The notes under the pieces: model-generated
The model's input: the letters and a program-made list of their open reading frames with translations, nothing else
What the model was told of the DNA's origin: nothing
Database searches by the model: none
From: Neophaeotheca triangularis
Lineage: Eukaryota
Length of the DNA: 64,000 bases
Direction: 5' to 3'
Assembly: GCA_054600435.1 (NCBI GenBank)
Contig: BAAIJX010000003.1
Coordinates: 620,001 to 684,000 of the forward strand
Shown here: positions 31,737 to 42,597 of the stretch, piece after piece
Layout: every line of letters begins with the position of its first letter
How positions within the stretch are numbered: the first letter of the stretch is position 1
Position numbers and translations under genes: made by a program

Positions 31737-32270
31737 AGTGTGAGAAGTGTGAAAGGGGATTCACTAGAAGGCAAGAGGGTTTGGACCGATATCGCAGGTG
31801 GTATTGCAAACCAGCTTGCGTGGTGGAGGATGCAGTACCGGTGCGCTCTCGAACTTTGAGCGCGCCTGTAAAGTATCTGGGCAGGTTTCGAGGCTTTTTG
31901 TTTCTTTGGCTTACTCGGGGCACGGGCTGGTCTGTACTGTACATGGGTTTGGCGCGAGCTTACTTGCCCTCTTAAAAGCAGTTAAGGAGGGATGTGTATC
32001 TCGTCAGCCGAAGATGCTCTTGCTTTGCAATCCGCGCATCCCTTCTTTCTCAGTTCGCATCCTAGTCCATCTCATTTCCAAGCAAAAACTTCACAACCGC
32101 TCGTTTAGCTCAGCGTCGTCGTCGAAGGGCGCGGAAGCCTGGGATATGTTCACCATCACCTGGCCTAGCGCGACATGCTCAGTTTGCAGAGCCGGACTCA
32201 AGCACAACCTCTACCACCACTTTCCATAAAACCGCAGGTGAAGTACATAGTAACACCGCCTCCTCCCCAC

Positions 32271-32783
32271 TCAATCCGTCTCGCTATCTTCCGGCTCGCG
32301 AACCGTATCCTTAAGCTCCTGTGACACGCGAAAAAGTCAGCACAACCGTCTCCCCACCCAACTCCGTCCAGCCCATGTCCTCCTCCCTTTCCCACCGACA
32401 CCGCAACACCCCTGGGACCAGGCAGCGGGGAAAGACTCACCTCCTTCAACAACACTTTCAACTCCTCGTGCTTGCCGCTTTTGATCAGAGCATGCTCGTC
32501 GTCGATGTCTTCGATGATGAATTCGTGATTGTGTTGGCGGTCGATTTTGTCGATGATGGCTTTGATGCTCGGGTCGCATTCGACTAGGACGCCTGTGGGT
32601 GGAGGGGGCGGTGGTTAGGAACATAGGATTCTGGAGCAGGAGTTTAAGGGGATGTGTGGTGGCGCCCCGCGAGAGGGGGAGGGGGGGTGTTAGGATTGAG
32701 GTACGAGGTAAGATCGCGTGAAAGAGGCATTGCTGTGGGATGAAGATGGCGGATTTGCTTTTACCTGCTACTGCACGCGGCAT
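32271..32783 (-). CDS. TFB5: TFIIH subunit Tfb5/p8; exons 32765-32783, 32441-32592, 32271-32318
   Basis: Spliced MPRAVAGVLVECDPSIKAIIDKID...FIIEDIDDEHALIK...ELKDTVREPEDSETD* (72 aa); GT-AG introns. Confidence 0.9.
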
Positions 32784-33320
32784 GGTGGCCGCCGAGGGGA
32801 GGAACTTGAGTTCTGGTGTTTGGGATCCACGCCCCTGGCTGTCTGGTGTCGGTGCTAAGACGTGACAAGTCTTTTTTTCCCTGTGGACCCTTCTACTATC
32901 TCTATCGCCCCAGTAAGCTTTAGTGTTTCTCGCGCAAATGATAAGAAGAAATGATCCTGATATTGCTCCCTACACAGCGATCAAATAGAAGTTGAACGTT
33001 ATTGTAATGGATTCACGAGTGGTACCACGTGATATCGCGTTGGAACGCGGGGAAGTGCTGCGTTCCCATTGACTTCTTCACATCTGCCTCTCATTGCGCT
33101 AGTGATTTTGTCGTTGTACAACACCGCTAGGCCATCATTCCGGAAATCGTACTTTGCGTATCTTCTTGCTTTCTATGCGTTCTCGCTTCTCTGCTCAGCG
33201 CGCGTCTTGTCTTCTCTCTCACCTCTCCCTGCGAGTCCTTCTGTTCTCTGTACAGCCCTTCTCTCTCCTCATCTCCCCATCAGGCACGAATTTCTGTACC
33301 TCACAGACTCGCCGAAATGG

Positions 33321-34765
33321 ATGTCACCGCAGCACCAGCGAAGCGAGCTCGAGGAGCTGGACGACACGCCCAACAAGCGTCGCATGAAGCGGACCAAAGT
33401 CTTGCATGAGCGCACGAAGCTGCTGCACATCTTAAGCACGGAGGAGCGATCGTTACTCGCCTGTCCAGCAAAGGCTCTTGGACTTTCTCGAACCGAAAGA
33501 CATGATCAACCTCTCCCGCACCTGCAAGCCTTTGGCAACGCTGTTTAAAAGAGCTGTCGAGACCAAATGGAGAATCAACACCCACCTGCGACGCTTTGTG
33601 CGGGACCCGTTCAAGTTCCGCGAAGCCTTGGGCAAGTGCGATGGGCTCATCGCTGGAGGCTTCGCATTGCAGTTCTTTGATAGGGTCTACTGGCCGGAGG
33701 CTGAAATGGTAAGTACTGTCCCAGCGAGTGTTAAAATTGAGAACTTGCCAGTATTGGCCCCATAGACGCTAATCGTGCGTGTTCAACAGCGTGTCTTCAT
33801 CACCAAGGGTCGCGATCAACCTCTCGTAAAGCATTTGACGGAACACGAGGGCTACAAGTTGGTACAACAGCGAGAGTTGCTAGGCTTGGTGCCTCTCAAA
33901 CAAGAATGGGAGCCTGACGAAGCTATGGTGAGTAAGGAGGTGAATATTCAACCGAGCTTTAGTTGACAGGCGTCAGATGCATATCTATCAACGACAAACT
34001 GACTACGGGTCGAAATGGGTGCAACTGACCCTATGCACAAAGTCTCCCCTCTACACAATAATCACCGGGCTCTATATGACTATTCAGGTCAACGTGATTA
34101 CCTGCAACCGAGCCTATTCGCTATTTCCCCGGGAGACATTCTTCAAGCGCTCTCAAAGAAATGGACGACTACTTCGGTCGACTGCTAGTCAGGTATGAAA
34201 AGCACGGCTGGGCCTCAGGACTCCTCGACACCCAATTCAATGAGAATGAAATGATAGCACTCGACCAGAATCGTTATGTAAGCGATTCTTTTAAGTTACT
34301 CGGACAATTCCGATCCAGCCAGCCGTTGAAGGCATCGACATTGCCCGAAATTATGTACTCGAGTCCTGCTGATTTGGCGTAGAGGATTTCGACCCAGAAC
34401 CTATTCATGAACTAGAGACAATGTCACTACCACTTTTGCGAGCGTCTTGCAGGGACCTCGCGCACCCAGTGCTGAAACATACCAACACCGTCTTGAAAGA
34501 CATCCAAGAACAGCATTACGAGAGCTGCGCTGTGCGTCTGGACTTCCTAGGCACCCTTGGACTCTTGAAATGCAAAGAAGAACATAGGCCGGAAGGAGGT
34601 CTTCTAGCACAGACGTACCAGTACGCACCGCCCATCACAACTCATTGTAGTGTTGATGGGCTCTCCGATTAGTTGTGGCGCCAAATCCTGCCGGAAAATT
34701 GGCAGTACTACGATGCATTGATACCGCGACTCATAAAAGAATTCCATGCGTCGATTCTAGTATGA
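33321..34765 (+). pseudogene. Degenerate F-box-like gene of the fungal 'GGFALQFFDR' type
   Basis: F-box-like LLDFLEPKDMINLSRTCK and LIAGGFALQFFDRVYWP; intact-looking introns at 33709 and 33928; frame breaks near 33452 and 34150 without splice sites; in-frame stops at ~34380 and 34670. Confidence 0.6.
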
Positions 34766-35696
34766 TGCGACGCCGTAAAAAGACACGCTGTTGATGCGAA
34801 TCCGACGTCGCTGCAAGGCTTTCGGTACCGCCATCTCTCGTCTTTGCATGGCCGAGCGTGCCGCGCGGAAAGCCATGGTGCTCTCATTCATACCCTGAGC
34901 GGAGCCACCGACTACCTCTCTTCCCACCCATCAATCTTATGTCTCCACCACCGACGATAGAACTACTTCTCACTACCCGCGTCATACATCGGCAAAAAAA
35001 AAAAAAAAAAAAAAACCGCGGAGCTCAAGTCAGCGAGCCATACCTCACGGCCCAGCACACAACATCGGAAAGAAGATAGCGAGCCATGCGACAAGGCAAC
35101 CTTCCAGTCCCCTTCAATCTCACCACGGCCAGCTTGTACTCTTTCTTACTCTTTGTCTTGTCGATTTAAGCAGATTCGATCATATAGTAGCCGGAGAGAA
35201 AACGTCGTATCCACATCCCACACGACCAGTCAGTCCGCAAATCCCCTGAAAAAAAAAAAAAAGCACCAGTCCTACCTACCTACTACCACCCCCCGCTGCC
35301 CGAGTTGTCTACAATGATGATTACAGTTGAAATGTGTCTGTCTCTTGGAGTTGGTCAATTAAAAGCAAAAGATTTGATTATACAAGTAGCTGAAACATGA
35401 ACGGTGTATCCTTTTTCCCATATCCCGTAACAATTAAAATTTCATCCACAAAACCGCCCCAGACCCTTCTGTGTACCCCCGACCCTACAACGCCTCGCTG
35501 CCCGAATCGTCACAAGATTATGGGAGGGAAAACAAAAGCCGTCAAGATACAAGAATCCCAGCCCCACAGAATGCCCACCCAATACCAAGCCATGCAGTCG
35601 TAAATTCATAAAAAAAAAAAAAAAAGCTCAGCTCGCAGTCTCGCTTCCCTGCAGCACCCACTCGTGCGGAAGAGAGCGAGTGACAAGCGACTCCCA

Positions 35697-38600
35697 TCAC
35701 AAGCAAACCGCCAGAACCAGACTCCCAACCCCCACCAGCAAACCAGAAACCCCCATGACCAAACCCCCGCGGCTAGCCGCGCCCTGCAACCCAGCCTCTT
35801 GTCCCGTAACAGTGGCGGTCGAAGACGCGACTTCAAGGCGCCCTTCCCCGTCTCCCGTGATCGTGGCAGTCACGTACCGGGTTCCTCTCGTCATGGTCGC
35901 GGGAAACAGAGTCTGGTACCGCGTGGCCGTGACAACGCCGTTGGCGTCGACACCCTCGATCAGCAGTATCGTGGCTTGGGAGCTGAGTGAGACGATGAAA
36001 GTCTCGCCGTCGATGATGACGGTTTCCTCGCCGTTGGGAGTTAGCGTTTGGCCGGAGATGAGGTACGAGGTGCCGTCGCCGGGTAGGGCGGTGAAAGTCT
36101 CGCCGCCGATTGTGAGTATCGGGGCCGCTGTGGGGCGGTAGTAGGCTTCGGTGCCGGTGGGCGCGAGTTGCGAGGTTTGCGTCGTGCCGTTTATGATGTC
36201 GTAGAGTTGGTTGGCGGCGGGGTTGAGGGAGAGAGTTTCCGCGCCGTTGGAGCCGGGGAGGGTTATAGCCCCGCCCGGAGTCAGTGTTTGGCCGGAGATG
36301 ATGTAGGTGGTGCCTTCGTTGGCGCCGTAGGCTTGACCGTTGATAGTGAGGATGGGGCCGGCGGTGATGGTGGCCTGAGCTTCGCCGGTTGCGCTGATAG
36401 TTTCGGTTTGCCCGTCGATAACTACTGAGGAGGCGTCTGAGGCTAACGAGATTGTCGTCCCGGAGACTGTGATCTCGCCTCCCGGTGTTAGGACTTGTCC
36501 GTCAATGTTGTACACTCCTGCGGCGTTCGCGGCGTATGCGTCATCTCCGACGACGAATGCGGCACCTTGAGTAATCATTGGAGATGCCAAGGTGCTCGTT
36601 TGCCCATTGATGACAACTTCCTGACCAGCCTCGTTCAAGCTGACTGTGGTGCCAGACACGACCGCGGTACCGCCAGGCGTAAGGGTCGCATCGGGGCCGA
36701 GGTTATATTGCGTCGCAGCGTTGGCGGTGTATGTCTCGGAGCCGATGGTGATGTAAGGTATCGCAGAAGCAGGATTTGTGCCGCCATTGGTAGCTTTAGC
36801 TTGAATGCTCGAGGAAGAGCCATCGATTACCAGAGCACCACCACCAGGGGCAAGAGACAACACTGTGCCATCATCCATAGTGACAGCGGATCCGCCTGCC
36901 TGGAGAGTTTGATCACCTGGAAGCACGAAAACCGGGGCGTTATTGTTAGCAGTGATGGCCTGACCATTTACTTCCATGACAGTAGGTTGGGCACCAGAGC
37001 CGGTAAAAGGCACCGTGCTGCCGTCGACCACAACGGCAGTGGGGTTTGAGGGGACGGAATAGACGGTGCCATCGACTGTAATCGGTGCACCACCAGGAAC
37101 AGCAGTTTGTCCATCAACAACGAAAGCCGATCCGTACCCGGCAGTGGCCATGTTGCCGTCAACATCGATGACTGGCGCCGGGGTGGGGCCTGACACAAAT
37201 TGGCGGTTCACACCATCGACCGCAACCCCATCCGGACTGACAGAAACCACATGGCCGCCCTCGGTAATCGCAGGTCCCCCTGGCTGAGCAGTCTGACCTC
37301 CAACCACGACGGCCGAGCCTTGCGTTGCAGTGACAGTCTCGTCCCCAACGGGGAAAACAACAGGTCCACCACCAGATCCAGATCCAGATCCAGATCCATC
37401 GTAGTTGTCGGAAGCACCTGCGCCAGTGCTACCAGAGCCGGACCCACCATCATCATTACCCTTAGAGCCACTGCCACCATTTTGTCCATTCGCGTCACCT
37501 CCCTGATGACTTCCCGGGGACTTTCCATTGCCATCGTTTCCATTGCCATCGTTTCCATTGCCATCGTTTCCATTGCCATCGTTTCCACTGCCGCTGTCCT
37601 TACCAAACCCACCAATACCAGCCCAAATAGCCGAAGCAGCCGGGTCATCCCCATCCTGACCCTGCGCAGCGGTCAAGACGTCCAAAGCATTACTCGGCCG
37701 ACTGGCCTGAATAGCGCTCTGAATAGCAGAAACCAAGCCTCCCAGACCAGCAGAATCGCCGCCTTGCTGTTGGTCATTAGAGCCGGAGCCAGCTTGCCCG
37801 TTATCGTGCTGGTGCGAGGGGGGAGCCGTCTGTTGCGCTTGCGAAAGCGCATCTACCGCTGTTGCCGTGATGCGCTGGCCCTCGAACGAGGCCGTGACGA
37901 CTGTGGCGGTCGGGTTGACGGGGATGATGAGCGTGCGTTCCGATGATTCAACGCGGGCTTTGAACTCAATCCTGCTGAGCCCTTCTCCACTGCCGCCTTT
38001 CTCTTGCGACATGGCTGTGCTGCCAGCGCCGCTCATTCCGCCCATGCCACCCATTCCGCCAGTGTCTTCTGGCTGCTCCGGGCGAGGCGTTGGACGAGGG
38101 GGAATGTAAGTAGGCACGTCCAATTCAGTTTCTGAGACTTCGACGCGTGCAGAGAGGACGTTGAAGGGCCTAGTACCGCTGCCGGTCGTTGTTGGTTGTT
38201 CTTGGGAAATTTGAGGCGGGAGGGTTGCGCTCGGCACCTCGAGGTCGCCCATCGATCTTGCGACTGATGCCGCAAGCACGCCCTGGGCTTGGTAAACCTT
38301 GTTGACGACAATGTCGACCGTGGGTTCAGCGGCCCAGTTTCCAGCTTCCGCGTTGTTCAAGTCACCGTTGTTGAAGCTGAGGAGGCGTAGGAAATTGGGG
38401 TGCACGTCGCCTATCACATTTTGTCCGACCATCATTTGCCCGTCAAGGTCTTCGTTCCCTTCGTATTCGAAGCTGACGGCAGTTGGGAGGGTATATTGAC
38501 TAGTGGTATGTGGACAGACCACACTGCCGTTCGACATGTTGGTCGGGTTCGCAGTCATGACCTCGTACTTGTGGAAATACACGAAAGGCACACCGGCTGG

Positions 38601-40400
38601 GAAGCTGCTGTTGCCGCCATTGGGCACCTTCACGGCGGGTCGCGGCGGTTGTGTGGTCTGCAATGATGGGAGGGTGCCATTACCGGTCTTCACGTTGGCC
38701 TGAGCTACAGCGCTTTGGCTAATGAGTCTAGTAGCTGCAGCAGTGGGGGTGGGGGTCGAGACGCAATTGAATGTCTGCCATGTGTGGGTGGTGTTGAACA
38801 CAACGGTAGGTGCATTCCAATAGGTGCAGCTCGGAAGCTCCATCGCGCTAGTGATATTGAAGGGTGTTGCCGCCGGTAACAGGGTCCAGCCGGTCCGAGT
38901 GTCGTTTTGATTGAACAAGATAGAGTAGGTCGAAATGGCGTAGCTGTAGGTGTGCGTCCACCACCACTCCAGCGAAGCATCCAACACATTGACAGTCGGA
39001 ACGCCGTTGCACTTGGCTGAAGGGACGGTGCGGCTGGGAGCGGGGGTGATGGTTTCCATCATACCACCAGTCCCAGAGTAAGAGCCAGTTGGGAAAAAGC
39101 CAGGAGGAGACATGGGGTTCGGTGGGATATGGCCGGTCGGAGAGACATACCCGGATGGCTGCCCGTATCCAGACGGCGGGGCCTGACCTGACGCCGATAC
39201 CGGCCTGACCGGGACATCCTGCTGAGTACTTGAAGGAGGCACACCGTGTGTTCTTGTCGTTCTCTCTACGACCGTGTAGGGTGCTGTGCCTTCGTTGCTA
39301 GGTCTCTGGCCAGTGGGAGCTGCTGTTCCTGAACCTTGGCCTACAGAAGGAGGGGGGAAGACACCGCCGGCGTCGGTTGGTTGATCCGCCTGGGTCGGTG
39401 AGGTTTCCACTGGACTAGCATAGTCGTTGCTCGAGGGAGCAGTGACATATACCCTTGAGGATTCGTAGAGAGTGAAACTAGTAGCTTCCACCCCTTGCAC
39501 GGGTTCAGAGGACGTTCTCACTTCAGCTCCTGTTCCAACGGGCAGGGGCGCGACACGAATGGGCTGCGAGGCAGAAGGTGTTTCATACACAGACGAGGCG
39601 TTCACCAATGGAGCAGTTTCCTCGACAGTGTCGCTCTCGACAGGGCGAGCAGGTGCAGTTCCTGGTGCATCAGGAGTGTCGTGGTGTCCTGGCGACGGAG
39701 AGTTGACCGGTGCAAGGGTGTGCGTACTTGTTACGCTTTCTGTAGGTACAGCGGTTGCATAGAGGGTACTGGCGGGCGCCTCCTCTCCTTCATCAGAAGC
39801 GTACGGTATGGGCGCAACGGTCAGCGCTGCGGTGTCATTTGGAGGCTCTGGAAGCTGCGAGGGGTCGTCGGAGTGCGTCGTCGCAGGGGCAGTGGTCTCT
39901 TCGATGGGTGTAGCGACAGGCAGATCAGTCTCCTCTGGCATCGGCTGGTCGTTGTATGCTGACGTGGGAGCAGCTTCGTAGGCATCTTCGGTTGCCGTCA
40001 CATAGACTACGCTCTCCACGATTTCATTTTCAGCATGCACGTTGCCCTCGTCCGGAGCCGGTTGACTTTCGTACGGCTGCAGTGGAGCAGCACCATCATT
40101 ACTGTCGCTAGCCGTGACATAGACTGTGCTATGGACGAGGGAAGTCGCGATGTTTGTGTGGGTTTCTGCCGGAGCCTCCACAACATCCGCAACATTTGTT
40201 CCTGAGGAATCTCCAGCCTCTTCAATCACCGTAACATGCTCCGCGCCGTCGCCTTCCACACTCGAAGGCGAGCTGGGCGAAAGTGTCCTGTTTTTCGAGT
40301 TATCCGCGTAAGGTTCTCTTCGTTGCCTCTGTCCCCAGCCAGCCTGTGCCCAACATGTTTCCACCACCAACCCGGCGACAGCCAATGCTTTGAGATGCAT
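35697..40400 (-). CDS. Large secreted, probably GPI-anchored, S/T/G-rich cell-surface protein
   Basis: Signal peptide MHLKALAVAGLVVETCWA; many (I/V)xGQTLTPGG-type repeats; C-terminal small residues plus hydrophobic tail (GAASRGGLVMGVSGLLVGVGSLVLAVCL). Confidence 0.85.
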   Translation of the reverse strand: MHLKALAVAGLVVETCWAQAGWGQRQRREPYADNSKNRTLSPSSPSSVEGDGAEHVTVIEEAGDSSGTNVADVVEAPAETHTNIATSLVHSTVYVTASDSNDGAAPLQPYESQPAPDEGNVHAENEIVESVVYVTATEDAYEAAPTSAYNDQPMPEETDLPVATPIEETTAPATTHSDDPSQLPEPPNDTAALTVAPIPYASDEGEEAPASTLYATAVPTESVTSTHTLAPVNSPSPGHHDTPDAPGTAPARPVESDTVEETAPLVNASSVYETPSASQPIRVAPLPVGTGAEVRTSSEPVQGVEATSFTLYESSRVYVTAPSSNDYASPVETSPTQADQPTDAGGVFPPPSVGQGSGTAAPTGQRPSNEGTAPYTVVERTTRTHGVPPSSTQQDVPVRPVSASGQAPPSGYGQPSGYVSPTGHIPPNPMSPPGFFPTGSYSGTGGMMETITPAPSRTVPSAKCNGVPTVNVLDASLEWWWTHTYSYAISTYSILFNQNDTRTGWTLLPAATPFNITSAMELPSCTYWNAPTVVFNTTHTWQTFNCVSTPTPTAAATRLISQSAVAQANVKTGNGTLPSLQTTQPPRPAVKVPNGGNSSFPAGVPFVYFHKYEVMTANPTNMSNGSVVCPHTTSQYTLPTAVSFEYEGNEDLDGQMMVGQNVIGDVHPNFLRLLSFNNGDLNNAEAGNWAAEPTVDIVVNKVYQAQGVLAASVARSMGDLEVPSATLPPQISQEQPTTTGSGTRPFNVLSARVEVSETELDVPTYIPPRPTPRPEQPEDTGGMGGMGGMSGAGSTAMSQEKGGSGEGLSRIEFKARVESSERTLIIPVNPTATVVTASFEGQRITATAVDALSQAQQTAPPSHQHDNGQAGSGSNDQQQGGDSAGLGGLVSAIQSAIQASRPSNALDVLTAAQGQDGDDPAASAIWAGIGGFGKDSGSGNDGNGNDGNGNDGNGNDGNGKSPGSHQGGDANGQNGGSGSKGNDDGGSGSGSTGAGASDNYDGSGSGSGSGGGPVVFPVGDETVTATQGSAVVVGGQTAQPGGPAITEGGHVVSVSPDGVAVDGVNRQFVSGPTPAPVIDVDGNMATAGYGSAFVVDGQTAVPGGAPITVDGTVYSVPSNPTAVVVDGSTVPFTGSGAQPTVMEVNGQAITANNNAPVFVLPGDQTLQAGGSAVTMDDGTVLSLAPGGGALVIDGSSSSIQAKATNGGTNPASAIPYITIGSETYTANAATQYNLGPDATLTPGGTAVVSGTTVSLNEAGQEVVINGQTSTLASPMITQGAAFVVGDDAYAANAAGVYNIDGQVLTPGGEITVSGTTISLASDASSVVIDGQTETISATGEAQATITAGPILTINGQAYGANEGTTYIISGQTLTPGGAITLPGSNGAETLSLNPAANQLYDIINGTTQTSQLAPTGTEAYYRPTAAPILTIGGETFTALPGDGTSYLISGQTLTPNGEETVIIDGETFIVSLSSQATILLIEGVDANGVVTATRYQTLFPATMTRGTRYVTATITGDGEGRLEVASSTATVTGQEAGLQGAASRGGLVMGVSGLLVGVGSLVLAVCL
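37522..37587. repeat. Perfect 15-nt tandem repeat x4 encoding GNDGN
   Basis: TTTCCATTGCCATCG repeated four times inside the surface-protein ORF. Confidence 0.9.
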
Positions 40401-41076
40401 AGTCTCAAGACCACTGCCGTCAAATGGAAATAGCGAGCGTAGAAGAGGAAGAAATTAAAAGGCTTGGAAGCGAAAGTCGAGTCTATCTCATGCTGAAGCA
40501 GGGATGATGAACTCGGAAGCGTTTCCTCCTCGAGTCGAAGCCGGAAGTCGTTCTTTTCGAGTATAAGACGAAGGAAATCAGCGAGTGTTGAAACGACGGT
40601 GGGTGATGGCCTGCAGCACGACGACGACGATGGTCACAATGGCGGCCACGAGCGGGTGAGGGTATAGGTAGTGTTAGGATGAGGATGAGGATGAGGATGA
40701 GGATGGTCGCAGTCAGTCGTAGACTACCGGACTGTAAGGTAAGGTACTGTAGTTTGGAGGTGATGATGAGTGAGACGAGGCGAGAACCAAGACGACGCGG
40801 CTCCACTGCTGCGGTACAAGTCGCAGTTGATCGCCGGCCATCTGCAGGCTTATGCAGGCTGTGCGTATAATAGGTAGCCAAATAGGTAACAAGACGATGA
40901 GACTGGCGGACGAGAGCGAAAAGTGTGGGAAGACGACGGGAGGTCTGGGCGGAGAAGAACAGGCTTGACCCTAGCTGACATGGCCGTACTAGACTAATGA
41001 AGTCGTAGTAGATTTACTAGTAGTAGTTGACTACTGCTGCCAGCCGTAGGTAGTAGTACTCACGATGGAATCGTTG

Positions 41077-41090
41077 CTACTACAACTACA

Positions 41091-41143
<53 letters not shown>
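41077..41143. repeat. (CTA)n microsatellite
   Basis: Seen directly. Confidence 0.95.
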
Positions 41144-41533
41144 CACTATTGCGGCTTCTTTTTGTCGCGTGATTGTGAAACATGTAGAGAGAGGACGGGG
41201 GCGTATATAAGGCCTCCGTTGCAGTTGCGAGCCAGACTTCCAAGCTAAGGTTGTCATCTTTTACACACCTCACATGCGATGGGATGAGGTGGATAGCGGA
41301 CCGTCGCACGCGTAATAATGGAAGAGGAAAAAGACGGGATAGTTTTTAGCATTATTCTTTCCCGTCCGCTTCGGCGACAGAAAAGGGAGCAAGCGCGAAC
41401 AAGCTGGCTGAATCGGGCAGGAGTAGACGAAATCGGTATGCACAGTCGGGTAGTAGCAGTAGCACAGTAGTAGAAGGTAGAAATAATACTGTACAGTAGT
41501 AGGTAGCGTCGAGGCCTACCGCGCCTCTTTGGA

Positions 41534-41573
<40 letters not shown>
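41534..41573. repeat. (ATT)n microsatellite
   Basis: Seen directly. Confidence 0.95.
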
Positions 41574-41575
<2 letters not shown>

Positions 41576-42597
41576 ATTACTCTTGATTCTTTACATATGC
41601 TTGAAATGATGCCTTCTAGCTGCTTGCCCGTGGACCTGCCTGGATCTTGTATGACTGCCGCCAAGCCGCGTCTTTCAAAACAACTCCGCGCGGAGTAGGT
41701 AGGTCGTGGTATTGGCAGTGACTTCACCCGTCGAGTCAATCGAGTGGCTTCAAAGTCAACGTCAACGTCAAGCCCAACGGTTTCGTTTTAACTTCCATCC
41801 CGGAATCACCGAACAAGCAGACTTTCGGCCATGTCTCCTGACAATAATAATGATAATAATAATAATGATAATAAAATGATAATGGCAATAATAATGGTGC
41901 AAAATAGCAATTCTTTTCGACATAATGTACGACGCCCGCGTGTGGTAGTAGTACTAAAGTCGGCCAGTGGCAGTGCGAGTGCAAAGGTACAGTACATATG
42001 TACTTGTACTATTAATTCAATTTGTTAAGCTCGCCCGCCCATGCCGCCGATCGCTCTCGCTCGTCTTCTGCAGCCAGCCGGCCAGCGTTCCCGACTTTTG
42101 AACGCTTGCCCTATTCCAGCATAGTCACGTGTAATGCCTACTGTGATAACCTTAGTCAGCAGTCACTCACTCTGAGCATGCCCGTCGCCCGTCGCCCGTC
42201 GCCCGTCGCTCGTCGCCGCCCGTCGCCCAGGCCCCAGAGTCCGGAGGGGTTCGTCGGTCCCAGGTCGTGACTCGTGACTTCCATGTGACTTTGCATCGGA
42301 ACCGAACTTGCCTTCTCGTGTTTCTCTACGACCGTCTACCTACCCGGGCTAGTCTCTACTAACATTATTAGGTACAGTACGGGTAGTACCTTAGTACCAC
42401 TCTACCTTCGCCTTTCTGCTTCTGCTTCTGCCTCTGCCTCTGCCTCAAACTGCCTCTTTCCGCTTACTTCCCCTCTTCATTATTGCACGTGTGTCGTGAT
42501 ACAGTAACTATCTGGCAAGTAGGATGCTGCGTGTTGGAACAACTTGATCGACTAAACACCCTCCCTCCCTCTGCACAATCGCCGCTGCGAGCCCATT

